A stretch of 64,000 nt of DNA from Eledone cirrhosa (lineage: Eukaryota): the NCBI GenBank assembly GCA_964016885.1, contig OZ024747.1, positions 17,980,001 to 18,044,000 on the forward strand, given 5' to 3'. How positions within the stretch are numbered: position 1 is the stretch's first letter; the number at the start of each line of letters is the position of its first letter. The translations under genes and the position numbers were made by a program. This document shows, piece by piece, positions 18,725 to 32,300 of the stretch. The notes beneath the pieces were generated by a model. That model did not search any database and was not told the DNA's origin. It saw only the letters and a list, made by a program, of their open reading frames with translations.

Positions 18725-19898
18725 AAGCAGGGACTAGAAAGAAAGGGTCTCAAAGTGAACATGACAAAGACTAAGGTCCTTGTAAGTAGACGAGAAAACA
18801 GAACCCAGATACCCTCAGGGAAATGGCCTTGCTCAGTATGTAGGAAAGGTGTAGGTAGGAACTCCATTCTCTGCTCCAAATACAAACAATGGGTACACAA
18901 GAGATGTAGCGGGATTAATTAAGAATGTAGGCTTCACATGCAGCAGCTGTGCTGGGACAGCAAGCCGCAAACAGCTACAGGAAACAAGTACCACCAATCT
19001 CTGGAAGGGCTCTGTAGAAACAGTAGACAGCTTCTGCTACCTAGGTGACCGAATTAGCAGCGGAGGTGGGTGTTCAGAAAGTACAATAACTAGAGTAAGA
19101 ACGGGGTGGAAGAAGCTCAGGGAACTACTGCCACTGCTAGTTGCAAAATGAAAGGCAGACTGTATGATGCGTGTATCCGAACAGCAATGTTACATGGTAG
19201 TGAGACCTGGGCGCTGAAGGTGGAATACTTACGTAGATTAGAAAGAAACAAAGCCTGCATGCTCCGATGGATGTGTAATAGTAATATACACGAACGACAA
19301 AGCATAAATGAATTGAGAGAGAGACTGAGCATAAGAGGAATCAAATGCTGTGTTCAGGAGAGGCGGTTGCATTGGTATGGACATGTGATGCGTATGAAGG
19401 ATGACAGCTGCATAAAAAGGTGCAAAGCACTAGAAGTCAATGGAAACCGCGGAGTGGGGAGACCCAAGAAGACCTGGGATGAGGTGATAAAAGCCGACCA
19501 TACCCAATTACACCTCTCAAAGGCGATGACACACGACCGTGACCTCTGGCGTCACGCAGTAATACAGAGTACCCGACCTCCCATGGGTACAAGCTGAAGC
19601 ATATAGACAATATGCCCCCACACCCTCCCACTGCAAGGTAGTCGTGGAGGTGCCACGGCAAAAAAGCACCCAGCCCACACTGTAAAGTGGACGTGTAGGC
19701 GTCACGGAAAAAAAGCACGTAGCACTCACTGTTAATGAGGTTGGTGTTAGGAAGGGCATCCAGCTGTAGAAATCAAGCCAAAATCAGTCCCTGTATGAGC
19801 AAGGCATGGTCAGCCGACCAGACACTGCCCACAACAGGACAACCCGTCTAACCCATGCTAGCATGGAAGAACGGACGTAAAACGGTGATGATGATGAT
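18725..19898 (+). mobile_element. 5'-truncated degenerate RTE LINE whose 3' UTR contains a SINE-like body
   Basis: GLKVNMTKTK, WPCSVC, KGRLYDACIRTAMLHGSETW, RRLHWYGHVMRM, GRPKKTW motifs with frameshifts; (GAT)n tail. Confidence 0.9.
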
Positions 19899-20741
19899 AG
19901 TACTGAGATAGTTATTAACAGAGATACTATAATATAGCATCTACTGCCATAGTAATTAACATAGAACAGAAATACTTGTATATGGTAGCTCCTGATAGTA
20001 ACTAACACAGTATAGCAACAACATATCTCAGGATGTATCTTACTTTCTGATTATATACCATCTCCACATAAAGTAAGATAGGTTGATGCATTGAATGTAT
20101 TTTATCTCACCCCTTCCTGAGTTGTTAGAGCAATATTAGTTCTGGCACTCGAAGTATTTGTTGGAGCTTTCTGCATTCTGGGTTCAAATCTTGCCGACAC
20201 CAACTTTGCCTTTCATCCTTTCAGGGTAACTAAAATAAAGAAGCAGTTCAAGAGTGAACTGGCAAAATTGTTAGAGTGTCAGATGAGATGACACAGTATT
20301 TTTTTCTGGCTCTTCTGATTACAAATTTCGCTCTGGCCTTCTTGTATGGTAGACTTAATCTATTGCCTGGTTTAACAACACCACCACCACCTGGCTCTTG
20401 GATGCCTTTAGCAGAATCCAATCTACTGCAAGCATTCAGGCCAGGCCTCTGATTTGAAGATACATTCCTCTCTCCTTCTCACCAGTCTTGGGGAGTCTAA
20501 AAAAGTCATGGAAACTCCCTGACTAAGGAATAAAAAAGAAAAAAGGCACCAATATTCCTTCTTACCTAAATTGTATGCCTCAACCAAACCAACCCAACAC
20601 ATCTGCCCTTCCTCTTTTTAGTTGTTGTTCTCTATGTAATTGACTAAACCTCCAAAAGGTGTTGTCTCAGTGTGAGACAGTCCAATGTCTGAAACCAGTA
20701 AAAGAATATAAAGAAAACAATGAAATGAAAGTTTAACTCAC

Positions 20742-20862
20742 CTTTATAGCTAGTAGATCACCTTATATATCATTGCATTGCTGTTTATGAACACAAGTTC
20801 TCTTCTTGGATGGGGAGGTAGAGAATAACTCCACACAATCAAAACCAAAGCATCTAAAACAT
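20742..20862 (-). other. probable 5' UTR exon of GOLGA1
   Basis: TATTTTTCAG acceptor and AAG/GTGAGT donor; stops in all three frames. Confidence 0.55.
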
Positions 20863-20950
20863 CTGAAAAATAGAACATGTGGAGGATTAATAAATCTGTA
20901 ATATATAATGGGTGCTGTTGAAATGGGATGGGATATATTGGAATGTTGAA

Positions 20951-21242
20951 ACAATAGAGGGTTTGGTGAACACTACACTACACAATAGAGGGCTTAGTGA
21001 ACATTACACAATTGAGGGATTAGTGAACATTACATCATAGAGGGCTTGTTGAACATTACACAATCTGGGACTTAGTGAACATTACACAATATGGGGCTTG
21101 GTGAACATTACACAATATGGGGCTTGGTGAACATTATACAATAGAGGGTTTGGTGAACACTACACAATCTGGGGTTTGGTGAACACTACACAATCTGGGG
21201 TTTGGTGAACATTACACAATAGAGGGCTTAGTGAAAATTACA
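20951..21242. repeat. ~26 bp minisatellite, ~11 copies
   Basis: ACAATAGAGGGCTTAGTGAACATTAC-like unit in tandem. Confidence 0.92.
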
Positions 21243-21576
21243 TTTCTCACTCTTTCTCTTTCTTCTACTCTCTACTTGTTTCTAGCTTTCTCAACCACCT
21301 CCTTTCTCACCATTTTCACACATCCTGCTTCCTTTCATCCCCTAGATTTTTTAAGTAGCAGGCCTATTTTGCTTCGCTCTGCCAACTATATTCCTTTGAC
21401 AAAAGTTTTAATTTCTCCATCTTTCCATTGTTAAACTGTTCTCTATATTGTTGTCCAAATAAGTGTTACAAGTTCGATCCCACTTTTAAGCACAAAATTC
21501 CATGTACGGTGGTTGAAGAGATCTAGAGATGCATTTGTCTGTCTTATGCAACAATTCTATGTGCATTTTTTGCAAA

Positions 21577-21622
<46 letters not shown>

Positions 21623-21667
21623 TAAGTATGGACTAGGTGTCAAATTCTCTCTCTCTATATATATATT

Positions 21668-24600
21668 ATCATCATCATCATCATTTTACGTCCGCTTTTC
21701 CCTGCTTGCAAGGGTGGGACGGGTCTTATTCAGCACAGCATCTCTCCACTCGTCACGGTCCTTCGTCATCTCCACCGTGAGCTTCAATGATCTGAGGTCT
21801 GTTCTCACCACCTCCGCCCATGTTTTTCGTGGTCTACTTCTACCACGTCTTCCTTCAACTGGTATTTCCTGGCACTTCTTCACCCATCGGTCATCCTCCA
21901 TGCGCATCACATGTCTATACCACCTCAGTCTCCTCTCCCGTACACTACATTCTATCCCCCTCAGACACAGTTTCTCTCTCAACACATTTATGCTGGGTCG
22001 TTCACGCACATTTACACTGCACATCCAACGGAGCATGCTTGCCTCATTTCTTTCCAGCCGTCACATATCCTCTGCAGTTGCTGCCCATGTCTCACTACCA
22101 TGCAGCATTGCGCTCCTCACACAGGCATCATACAACCGGCCTTTCATATGCAGGGAGAAACCCTTCTTCGTCAACAGAGGAAGCAGCTCCCTAAACTTCT
22201 TCCAACCCGTCCTTATTCTAGATACTATGGCCTCGGAACACCCTCCTCCCATGCTAATCTGATCTCCTAGGTACCGGAAGCTATCCACCACTTCTATAGC
22301 GCCCTCCTGCATTTGAAAAATGTGTCTATCAATGCGACTTCTACTGTCTAATTTCCCTGTACATCTACTGCATACATATTTCTCCCTACCTGTTAGTTTG
22401 CCTGCTGTCCCACATCTCTTGTGTACCCAGGATCTGCATTGTGTGCATTTTATAGAATTTATGCCAGTTCCTTTTCTGCATATCGAACATGGCCATTTCC
22501 CTGACGGAATCAGAGTTTTGTCCTCTTTTCTACTCATCAACACTTTTGTCTTAGCTAGGTTCACTCTCAGTCCTCTTGCTTCCAACTGCTGTTTCCATAG
22601 CCAGAATTTATTCTCTAGCTTCTCTACTGATTCTGCTATAAGAACCAGATCGTCAGCATAGAGAAGTTCCCATGGACAGCCAGTCTTAAACTCCTCTGTT
22701 ATGGCTTGGAGGACTATAATGAACAAGAGCAGGCTGAGGACCGAACCCTGATGTACTCCTACTTGTATCTGGAATTCCTCACTAAACTCCATTCCTACCC
22801 TGACTTTACTGAGAGTACCTCTGTACAAAGTTTGCACTGTTCTCACAAGCCATTCCTCAACACCTAGCTTCCTTAGGGACCACCAGATGACAGATCGGGG
22901 TACCCTATCAAAGGCCTTCTCTAGGTCAACAAAGGCTAAGTATAGTGGCTTATTCTTCTCTAAGAACCTCTCTTGCATTTGTCTCACCAAAAAGAGGGCA
23001 TCTGTTGTACTCTTCCCAGGCACAAAACCAAACTGCATCTCATCTAGTTTGACCCTTTCTCTAATTAGTTGTGCTAATATCCTTTCTGCCACTTTCATAA
23101 CCTGATCTATCAGTTTTATACCCCTATAATTGCTCCTCTCCAGAGCATCCCCTTTACCTTTGTAGCAATTTATGAGAATACTTCTGCACCAGTCTTTGGG
23201 TATGACACCACCATATATAGCCTGATTGATGATGCGTGCAACCAGTTTAGTGCCTTCGTCCCCTGATGCCTTCAGCATCTCAGCAACTATTCCCGATGGT
23301 CCAGCAGCCTTACCATTTTTCATTTCCCTAATCGCCTCTTGGACCCTATATTCGTCAATCTCAATAGCTGGTCCCTCTGTCGGATCTACTAAGGGTAATT
23401 TCTCTCTCTCCCATTCGTTCTCCACATTCATCAGTCTCTCATAATGACATTTCCAGGCCTCCTTTTTCTGATCATTCGTGACACTAAGTACACCGGCATC
23501 ATCCCAGACACATTTATCTCCAACAACATCCTGATTTGCATTGACACACTGCCTTGCAATGTGGAACACCGCACGCCTCTGATCTTCCCGTCGCAGAACA
23601 TTGGCAAACCTCCTACTCTCCGCCTCCCTGCGTGCTAAGTACGCCTGACGTCTAGCTTCTCTCTTAGTGGCTGTATATTCTTCCCTACTCCCACCCTTTT
23701 TCCAAGCCTTCCATGCTAGTCTTTTGTCTCTAATGGCCTTATCTACTGTGCTGTTCCACCACCAGGTCACTTTCTGTCTGGTTGGAGCTCTGCTCCAGCC
23801 ACAAGTTTCATCAGTAGCCTGCAGCAAGTTGTCACATAAGAAATTCCAGTGATTATCTATGTCATACGTCTCTAAATCGTCTTCTTTTTCGTCATATACA
23901 TTTTGAAGGGCTTTCCTAAATTTGTATTTTAGTGAAAGGTCTTTTAGCTTCCAGACCTTCCTATATGTCTCATTCCATCTCTTGCTTACTGAGATATCAC
24001 TAACAACTAACCTATGCTGTGGGGTACATTCTTCCCTAGGGTATGCCTTGGTATTAGACACTATCTGCCTGTCCCGCTGCCTAACTAGTAAGAAGTCAAT
24101 CTGGCTTATGTGCTCACCAGATTTGTAGGTTATTAGGTGATTGGCAGGTTTCTGGAAGTTTGTGTTGCAAATAGTCAATGTACCTGCATCACAAAATTCA
24201 AGAAGGCTCACTCCTTCATTTCTTGAGCCGTAACCGTGCCCACCATGTACCCCAGTGTAACCATCCTGGAGCTGTCCAACATGACCATTGAAGTCTCCTG
24301 CTAGCATAACGATGTCTCCGTCCTCTGTCATTGCGGTTGTTTGTAAAAGTTGCTCGTAAAAGCAATCTTTCTCATCTTTGCCTAGGCCTGCTTGGGGAGC
24401 ATAGGCCGAGATGATTGTCAGTAGTCTCCTGCCTACAACTAATCTAAGCTTAATTATTCGATTACTAACTCGAACTACCTCTATTGTCTTATTGATCCAT
24501 TTCACAGCCAGGAAAATGCCTACTCCCCCTAACCCATCATCCTTACCTACCCAGAATAGCTTATAGCTAAGACGTTTCCCTACGACTAGTCTCGCAGAGG

Positions 24601-24694
24601 CACCTCTCCATCTCACCTCTTGCACGTAGCACACATCTACCTGCCTTCTTTCCAGTATCTCCGCTATTTTAGCAGATCTACCTCAGATCTACCT
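21668..24694 (-). mobile_element. RTE-clade LINE, nearly full-length ORF (APE endonuclease, RT, PHD-like finger), 5'-truncated
   Basis: VQEVRW, SAYAPQ, AGDFNGHVG, QHRLVV; FVDLEKAFDRV, GVHQGSVLS, LLYADD; (ATG)n tail; one in-frame TGA at 22063-22061. Confidence 0.97.
21686..24634 (-). pseudogene. endonuclease/reverse transcriptase ORF of RTE LINE interrupted by a single nonsense codon
   Basis: ORFs 22061-24634 and 21686-22036 are in the same frame, linked by DM*RLERNEASMLRW. Confidence 0.92.
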
Positions 24695-25559
24695 ATATAT
24701 ATATACATACATACATACAGAGAGAGAGAGATGTGTGTGTATATATAAAGTAGAATAGAAGGAAAGAAATATTGGGTGTCTTAATGAAGTCTTGTTTTAT
24801 TCTCGCAGGATTAAAAAGGAAGAACAGCTTGTAAGATTGATTCTATAGAACAAACACACTAACTACAAACCTACACACACACACACACTCTCTCTCTCTC
24901 TCTCTCTCTATGGAATACCATCCACCCATACATACATATATATATATATACACACATACACTTTGAAATGGTAAAGAATAGAAATGTTTTTAGACACAGA
25001 GAACAATGAAGATGAAGGTAATAACATTGATGGTTGTGATGATTATGATAATGATAATTTCTTTTATTGCCACAAGGACAATGGGTGAGAAACATTACAA
25101 AGAAAGAAAAATGTAAATCATCATCATCGTTTAACGTTTATCTTCCACGCTAGCATGGCTTAGACGGGAATTGTCCCATTTGAGGCAAGGTTGGTCTATC
25201 TGGCAGGTTTTCTATGGCTGGATACCCTTCCTAACACCAACCACATTTACAGTGTGGACTGGGAGCTTTTTACCATGTTACCTACACAACCCATTACACC
25301 ATGGACTGTTTGTTATTTTTCCCCCTTCTCTCGTTCCTTCTTATTTTCCTTTCCTTTTTTTTTGTTGTCATGACACCTACACAACCTCATTAGTTTGGAC
25401 TATATGTTGTGGTACCAACATAACTTTATAGAGAAAGGGTGGTGTTGGCGGGAGTGGAAGGATAGAGTAGGGGTAGTGGGTTGGGGTGTGTGTTTGGTTT
25501 GGAGGGGCCTACTGACTGTAGGTTAACTTTGCACGTAGGGAAGGTGGGTCTTCTGTATA

Positions 25560-25750
25560 ATAATTGTTTCTACTTTTGGCACAAGGCTAGCAATTACCCA
25601 ATGCATTACTGGTACTTTATTTTATCGACCCCGTAAGGATGAAAAGCAAAGTTAACCTCGGCAGGATTTGAACTCAGAATGGTAAGAGCTGTAACTATGC
25701 GTCAAAGCATGGCGTCTGACCCTCTACCGATACTGCCAATCCACCGGTCT
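25560..25750 (-). mobile_element. second SINE family (related copies ~36418-36520, 43200-43290, 43360-43520, 56535-56655)
   Basis: recurrent TAATTGTTTCTACTTTTGGCACAAGG...ATCGACCCCGTAAGGATGAAAGGCAAAGTTAACCTCGGCGGGATTTGAACTCAG; B-box GAGTTCAAATCC on minus. Confidence 0.8.
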
Positions 25751-28700
25751 TCTGTATAATAATAATAATAATTGTTTCTAATATTGGCGTAAGGCCAACA
25801 ATTTAAGGGAAAGACCAAGTCGATTAAATTGACCTCAGTGCGTGACTGGTACTTTATTTTATCAGCACTGGAAGAATGAGTGGCAAGGATGACCTTGGTA
25901 TGATTGGAATTCAGAATCTAAAGTGCCAGAACAAATAAAATGTTATTTTATTTGACATTCAGCCAATCCATCACAATCATCATCGTTTTATGTCCACTTT
26001 CCCTGCTAGTAAGGGTTGGCTGGGTCTATATAGAGCAGTCAATACTGGCTTCTGTACAGTCTTATGTTTTATTGAGTGTACAGGTGAGGTTGTCATGTCT
26101 CTGACACAACTGAAGAGTCCTCCCAACCCTTTGTTTGGCAAGCTTTCTAAAGCCTTTCTATACCCTTCCTATCACCAACCATTTTACAATGTGTACTGAG
26201 TGCATTTATCATGTACATCACCAAAACTAGAGTGGCTATCATATCCTTGACATAAGTGAAGGGTCTTCCCAAAATTTTGTTCGGCAAGCTTTCTATGGCT
26301 AGACGCTCTTCCTATAACAAGGTCCCCTATAATAATACATGACAACAACATCAATCTTTATAATAATAGGTGTCATGGAAAGGATATAAAAATAAAATGT
26401 CAAAACAATTCATGACCTAAAAGCTAAGACTTACATACATGTACACAAAATACAGCTAGAATCAAAAGGGTGTCTGTGTTTGCTGATAAGTACCTAAAAC
26501 TAACAGTGAACACAGTACATACTAATTGCAATTGCAGGTGGGTGTGTATGGGGGGGGTCTGTGTGCGGGGTGAGGTGTGTGTGTGGGGGGGGGGGTTTAA
26601 TCAAAGCAGTTCAATACAAAAACACAAAACGTGACAATATAAAAAAATAATTCTGACTATTATGTAAAGTTTGAGGATGATACAAACACAATGACACTGA
26701 CCTTATTTACATTATAGTATACACAATATACTATACCTCTGATCAACAAACAGCCATTCTTTAGATGGTATTGTTTGGTTAAAAAAAAAAAAATGTTTTT
26801 AACTACAGCCTACATGAATCTGAGTTGTGTTGATTATAGTAAATTAGGGTTATGAACTAGCACATCGCATAGAAAGTATTATCATCATGAACACCTTTCA
26901 ATGTCTATTTTTTCATGCTTGCACTGGTTGTCGTTTTCTGAGGCTTGACGGTTCAGGCGACCATGTCTTGCTCATATGTTCCATTGTGGGCTTAGTTTCT
27001 ATAGCTGGATGTCCTTCCTAATGCCAACCACTTTACAGCATGTATAGGGAACATTTTATCGGGCCTCTGACACTACCACCGTACAGGTTGCACTAACACC
27101 TTACAGTGCAAGCAGATTTTCACCAACTTCAAAATTCTACATAAATAAGGTGCTAAAAATATTTTTGCTTTGGAGGTGAATATTACACCTACTTCACTTC
27201 TTATGTGCTTTAAATTAATATAGCCTTCAAAACGGTCAGAAATTGTTAAAATATCATTACATAATGGAGTTCTATCTATATTTTTTTTACCATCACTAAT
27301 TTTTTCCACATCTTTATATAGTGATTGTCTGTTATTGCAGATCGTTTCTGTGTTTGAGACTCTCAAATTTTCACACCCGTATATGCCTAGACAGACTTTT
27401 TATGAGGTTGCATCTCATACAAAGTCTTTTGGGTATTTCACTGATAGGGACCTCTGCTTCTATCATGAACATAATTGTGATTTTGTGCCAATGTAAAAAA
27501 AAAAAAATGTATAAATTTTTTTAAGTTTATGTTTTAAAGTTAATTAATGTCCTCATACATTATTAGTCTTCATTAGCTTTCAACCACTTCATACTTTCGA
27601 GACTATAGGGCACCAAACACTTTCAAATTAAATTTTTTTTTTTTAAATTATCTCATTCTTCACTTAATTAAAGCCATAATATAATAAATATTTCATTAAA
27701 TTACCAAAATTCCTACAATTCTCTTTAGATAATTTATTTTTTCAACCATTTTACATTTAGTTTAGCATATAAAGAGAGTGTTTTGTCTTTTTTTTTTTTT
27801 TTTTTTTTTTTTGCAAATTTATGTATTTGCATTTTGGTCCATTTGCTTTTTTACAGACAAATAAAAAAGACGATGTAGCTGCAAATGTGGTTTTCAATGT
27901 AAAATAGGTGTCATACACCCAGACACAAGGGCAAATGGAAAGGTGGTGAATTGGCATGAAACCACATTAGCAAAACATTCTTGAAAAGTACAAAACAACG
28001 CTATGATTGTATCAAATTAAAATTTATAGTTTTTACTATCATCATTATTTAATGTCTATTTTCCATGCTACAAATGGTTAGACCGATTGCCACAGACCAA
28101 GTAGTACTTAATCAGAATTTCAAATAAGTGGGAAGGGCCCACTTCCCACTTATTTACCATTTTACAGAATGCACTAAGTGCATTTTAGCACTGGAGAAGT
28201 TGTCCTCCTAGCACTGTTTGGCAGCTGTAAATTTTCACAATGATCTATCCACTAGTAGGGATAGCATAAACATCTGAACTAACAAACCCACTTTTAGGTA
28301 TTTTCTGCTAAAGGATTACAGAGTTAAAAAATATAAAAGGAATGGGATTTTAACTAAGAGTGTAGATAATGTTCAAAATGCCTATAGCAAGGCATTTATC
28401 TTACTCTCAATCTAACATCTCCACCAATTCAACATTTGTTTAGTTACAGTCATAATTGTGCAAGCAGCCAATTTTTTCAATACGTGAATTAAAAATGATG
28501 TCCCTGGTGTGAAGGAAGCTGTGTATGAAATATCAAACTATAGTGATTCTAATAAAAGATAACTAAATTAGAGTTACTACAGATATTCTGAAATATGAAA
28601 ATATTGTGTAATTAATTTAGCTGTTTTGTAGCAACGCCTATATCTAAAATTATCTGGCAACATTGACATTACTATTCTTCATAATGGTGAGGTTTTGTGT

Positions 28701-29139
28701 AGCTCACTTGGCTAAGGGGTTGAGAAGTTTGCTTCGCAGCCATGTGGTTTTGGATTCAACCCAACTACATGGCACTTTGGGCCAGAAGCTCCTTCAACCA
28801 TTGACCTGGGTTGACCAAAGGCTTATCAAATAAATTTGTTAGACAGAAACTCTGCCATAATTCATCATGTGAGTGTGTATGATTTGAGATTTTATCTCTT
28901 GCTATCAAACTGTCCGACACCCCCGGTTCTATGATATATAACTGCTTGTTTTAAAGTGTCTATATTTATTGTAAAATCCTTCCAATAGTATTTTGTGTAA
29001 GAGTATTTGTTATGGTTCAAACACCAGCTCAATAAAAAGAAAGTTATATTACTATATCCCTCTCATCATTATTTTCAAAATGATTTGAAAACTAGAGGCA
29101 TTGTCTTTTATTAGAAGTATGTAAATGATAATGATTTAA

Positions 29140-29352
29140 CCCTTTAGCATTTACATTATATATATACTATTGTATTTTTGTGGTAAAGACTTTATCTCAC
29201 ATAATTATTTATTTCACATAATATCGAATCTACAATATTTTGGTGTTATTTATTTTGAGAACAATACCTTATGAGCAGTTGGTTACAGCCAGTTTGAACA
29301 GAAAGAGGTGAGGGAATTCTGGCCGGATACAGCTGGTTTAAATGCTAAAGGG
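29140..29352. mobile_element. piggyBac-like MITE
   Basis: TTAA-CCCTTTAGCATTTA ... TAAATGCTAAAGGG-ATAA terminal inverted repeats; copies at 51011-51221 and ~61236-61422. Confidence 0.8.
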
Positions 29353-32300
29353 ATAAAGGAAGCTGCCAATGTGTCTATTTAGCTTGATGAAATACTGGAG
29401 TTATTTTATTTATAGATGATTTCCATTAAACTGTTGTAAAGTTGGGATAAACAATGGAATCATTGAGATGAATTATACTGGCTGTGATGGCTAATATTTC
29501 AACTACAAGACCTCTGAGGATTAATCTATCAATGATTCAACTCTCTAATTCCACATAACTAATGTTTTAATGTTATCTCAAGTTTGTCTTCCATGTACAG
29601 TTGATAATGCTTTTTATGCTTATTAGCATGGTGTATGAAACTAATGAAATGCAATAACTGTGAGGAAGTGGGGCTTAAGTACGATGGACACATTGTGTTA
29701 GATATTACATTATAAGCCTGAGTAAAGAAAAAAAAACTACCTCTCTCCAATACACCTGGATGATAGGCTTCCAGAACAATTTTATGGTTATTGCTTAGCT
29801 CCTAGGTCAACTCTGATCCAGCAGACTTATGTTCAAATGCATTCCAGTTGTGACAACTTGTTTTATGTTTATTTGTTTTTCAGAATCATTCTATTTAAGC
29901 CTTCAATCCTGTTTTTTTTTAAGACTATCAGCTGAAAATGATATGAAGGTGAATGACTTATTTCTAGCAGATCAAGAAACATGAAAGCTATCCTATTGCT
30001 CATTGTTGTTGTTGTTGTTTAGCCCCAGGTCAGCCCTAATTGAGCAGCATCATGATCATGGCTGTCATTTTCTGAGGCCCACATCATGCAATAGGCCCGT
30101 CTTTTCTAAGACAGTAGAGTTCATTTCTAGCAGACAGTGTGGACTCCACTAAAGACACCCAAGAGCCAAGTGGTCACAGAGAAATTTGAACTCAGAACAC
30201 AAAGGATGGAAAAAAGACTGTAAAACATCATGCCCACTACTTTAACAATCCTACAAATCCACTGCCCTAGACTTATACTTTATTTTATCAACCACAAAAA
30301 ATGAAAGGCAAAGTTGGCTTAGGCAGAATTTGTATTCAGAATGCAAAGGTGAAACAATTGTCCTATGTTCTAATAGCTCTGCCAATATACCTTAGCAGGA
30401 GGGCAAGTTTAAAATATATTAAAGAAACATATAAATAATGATAAAAATATAATTAGATTAATCTAAATGGCCTAAATAATTCAGCAGGCATGATCATATA
30501 AACTGTCAGCAGTAAAAATAAAAATTAAGAAAAACGAACAGGTAGTCATTACTTTTAAGACCAACCAGAGAAGGAAGATATTCTATTTAGTGCAACTGTA
30601 AAGTTGTTATACCATTGACTTCACAGGTGTGTAACTAATGATTACAGGTACAGTAAAGAATTCTATTTATAGACCACCAAATTAGACACTGATTACAGTT
30701 TTCAAGTGGATATGGTATTTTACCAACAGAGTAAGGAATTTATGTGTATACAGGGTAAAATTTGAAAACCAAGGACACTGGTGATGGTCTTCATCAGCAT
30801 TAATTAATCCATAGTACAGGGCCGAATTAGCAGAGTCGTTAAGAAGTCGGATAGAATGCTTTATGGTGTTGGTCCCACCTCATAGCATGCTCTGAGTTCA
30901 AATCCCGCCATGGTCAACTTTGCTCGTCATCCTTTCGAGGTCGATCAAAAAAGTACCAGTCCAGCACTTGGGTCGATTCTTCCTATATAGAAAAAAATCG
31001 GCTGTGTTCAGACCTGGAGAGGGTTGGCCTCTGCCAGGTTTAAAAGTGTCCTAGACACACCATATGACAGTGCCTCTAAGACTCCACAAGGAGTTATGGG
31101 GTCTTTATCTTTTATCTTACAGGGGTTTCTAACATTTCCATCTTGTTTACACTTTGAGGGTAAATTAACTTTTCAAAGTAAATTTTCCTTCAAACTGTTT
31201 TGTTTAGTAATTTGAGTTTACATTTCCATCATGATAAAACAACTGACAAAGAGGAAGTTTATTCCAAGTTGGGAACCCCAGCTATAAGAGAATTTCCGGA
31301 AAAGTTGAATCTAATATCAAAAGATGAAAAAAAGATAAGTGGTGTTGTCCCTTTGGCCTCAAATTAGCAGCAACCCCACCACCACATCCTCACTCTAAGA
31401 CAAAGGCCTGAAATCACAGCAAAAGTGCCCAGCCCACACTGTAAAGTGGTAATGTAGGTGCCATGGCAAATAGCACCCAGTCCACACTGTAAAGTTGTCA
31501 CGTAGGTGTCACAACAAAAAGCACTCAGTACTCACTGTAAATGAAGTTGGTACTAAGAAGGGATCAACTGTAGAAACCAGTTTCTATCTACCAATTTCAC
31601 ACTCACAAGGCACTGGTCAGCTCGAGATAACAGCAGATGGCATGTAATGGGATCAAACCTCAAACCCCATTATAGTGAAATGAGCTTCTTAACCACACAG
31701 CTAACTATTGTACTAAAATGTGTTGTTTTATAACAACTCAGAGAAAAAAAAAAAAAAGAAAAAAAAAAAAAAAATCAACATTTTCAGCTTGTAATGTTGA
31801 CTTAAGTAAATTATTTTGATGCCTGCCTATTGCAAAATAAACAGTGGATTTGAAAATGTAAAACAAAAACTAAAATTTAATCATCATTTTCACAGATAAC
31901 TTTGAAGCAGCAACAGGCAATTCAATTTCTAGCAATGGAAAACTTTCATCAACTAAAATCATGTATTGATTTTTAGGTGGAGGTTGAACTATTGAACAAA
32001 TACTATTTTCTAACTATTAGGACTACATATGCTTGATGAAGCATCAAAACTAAATGTAGGGAAGGAAGAATTAAATTAGAAGACAAAAAACATTGAGAAA
32101 TATCAAATGATGATGGTGATGGTGGTGACAATGATAGTGATTGATAATGGTGGAGATGATGGTGATGATAATGACGAAGGTGGTGATGGCAATAATAATG
32201 ATGATCTTCATGATCATGGTGGTGGTGGTGGTGATCATGATAAAGCTGGAATAATCGATAACAGCACAATTTGCATGCCAAATAAAATTTAGAATATTTT

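Noticed and set aside
20951-21242. Regularly spaced repeats resembling a CRISPR array
   Set aside because: Tandem 26-bp minisatellite with no unique spacers, in a eukaryotic intron with no cas genes.
21513-24128. Plus-strand ORFs overlapping the RTE
   Set aside because: Antisense shadows of the LINE ORF.
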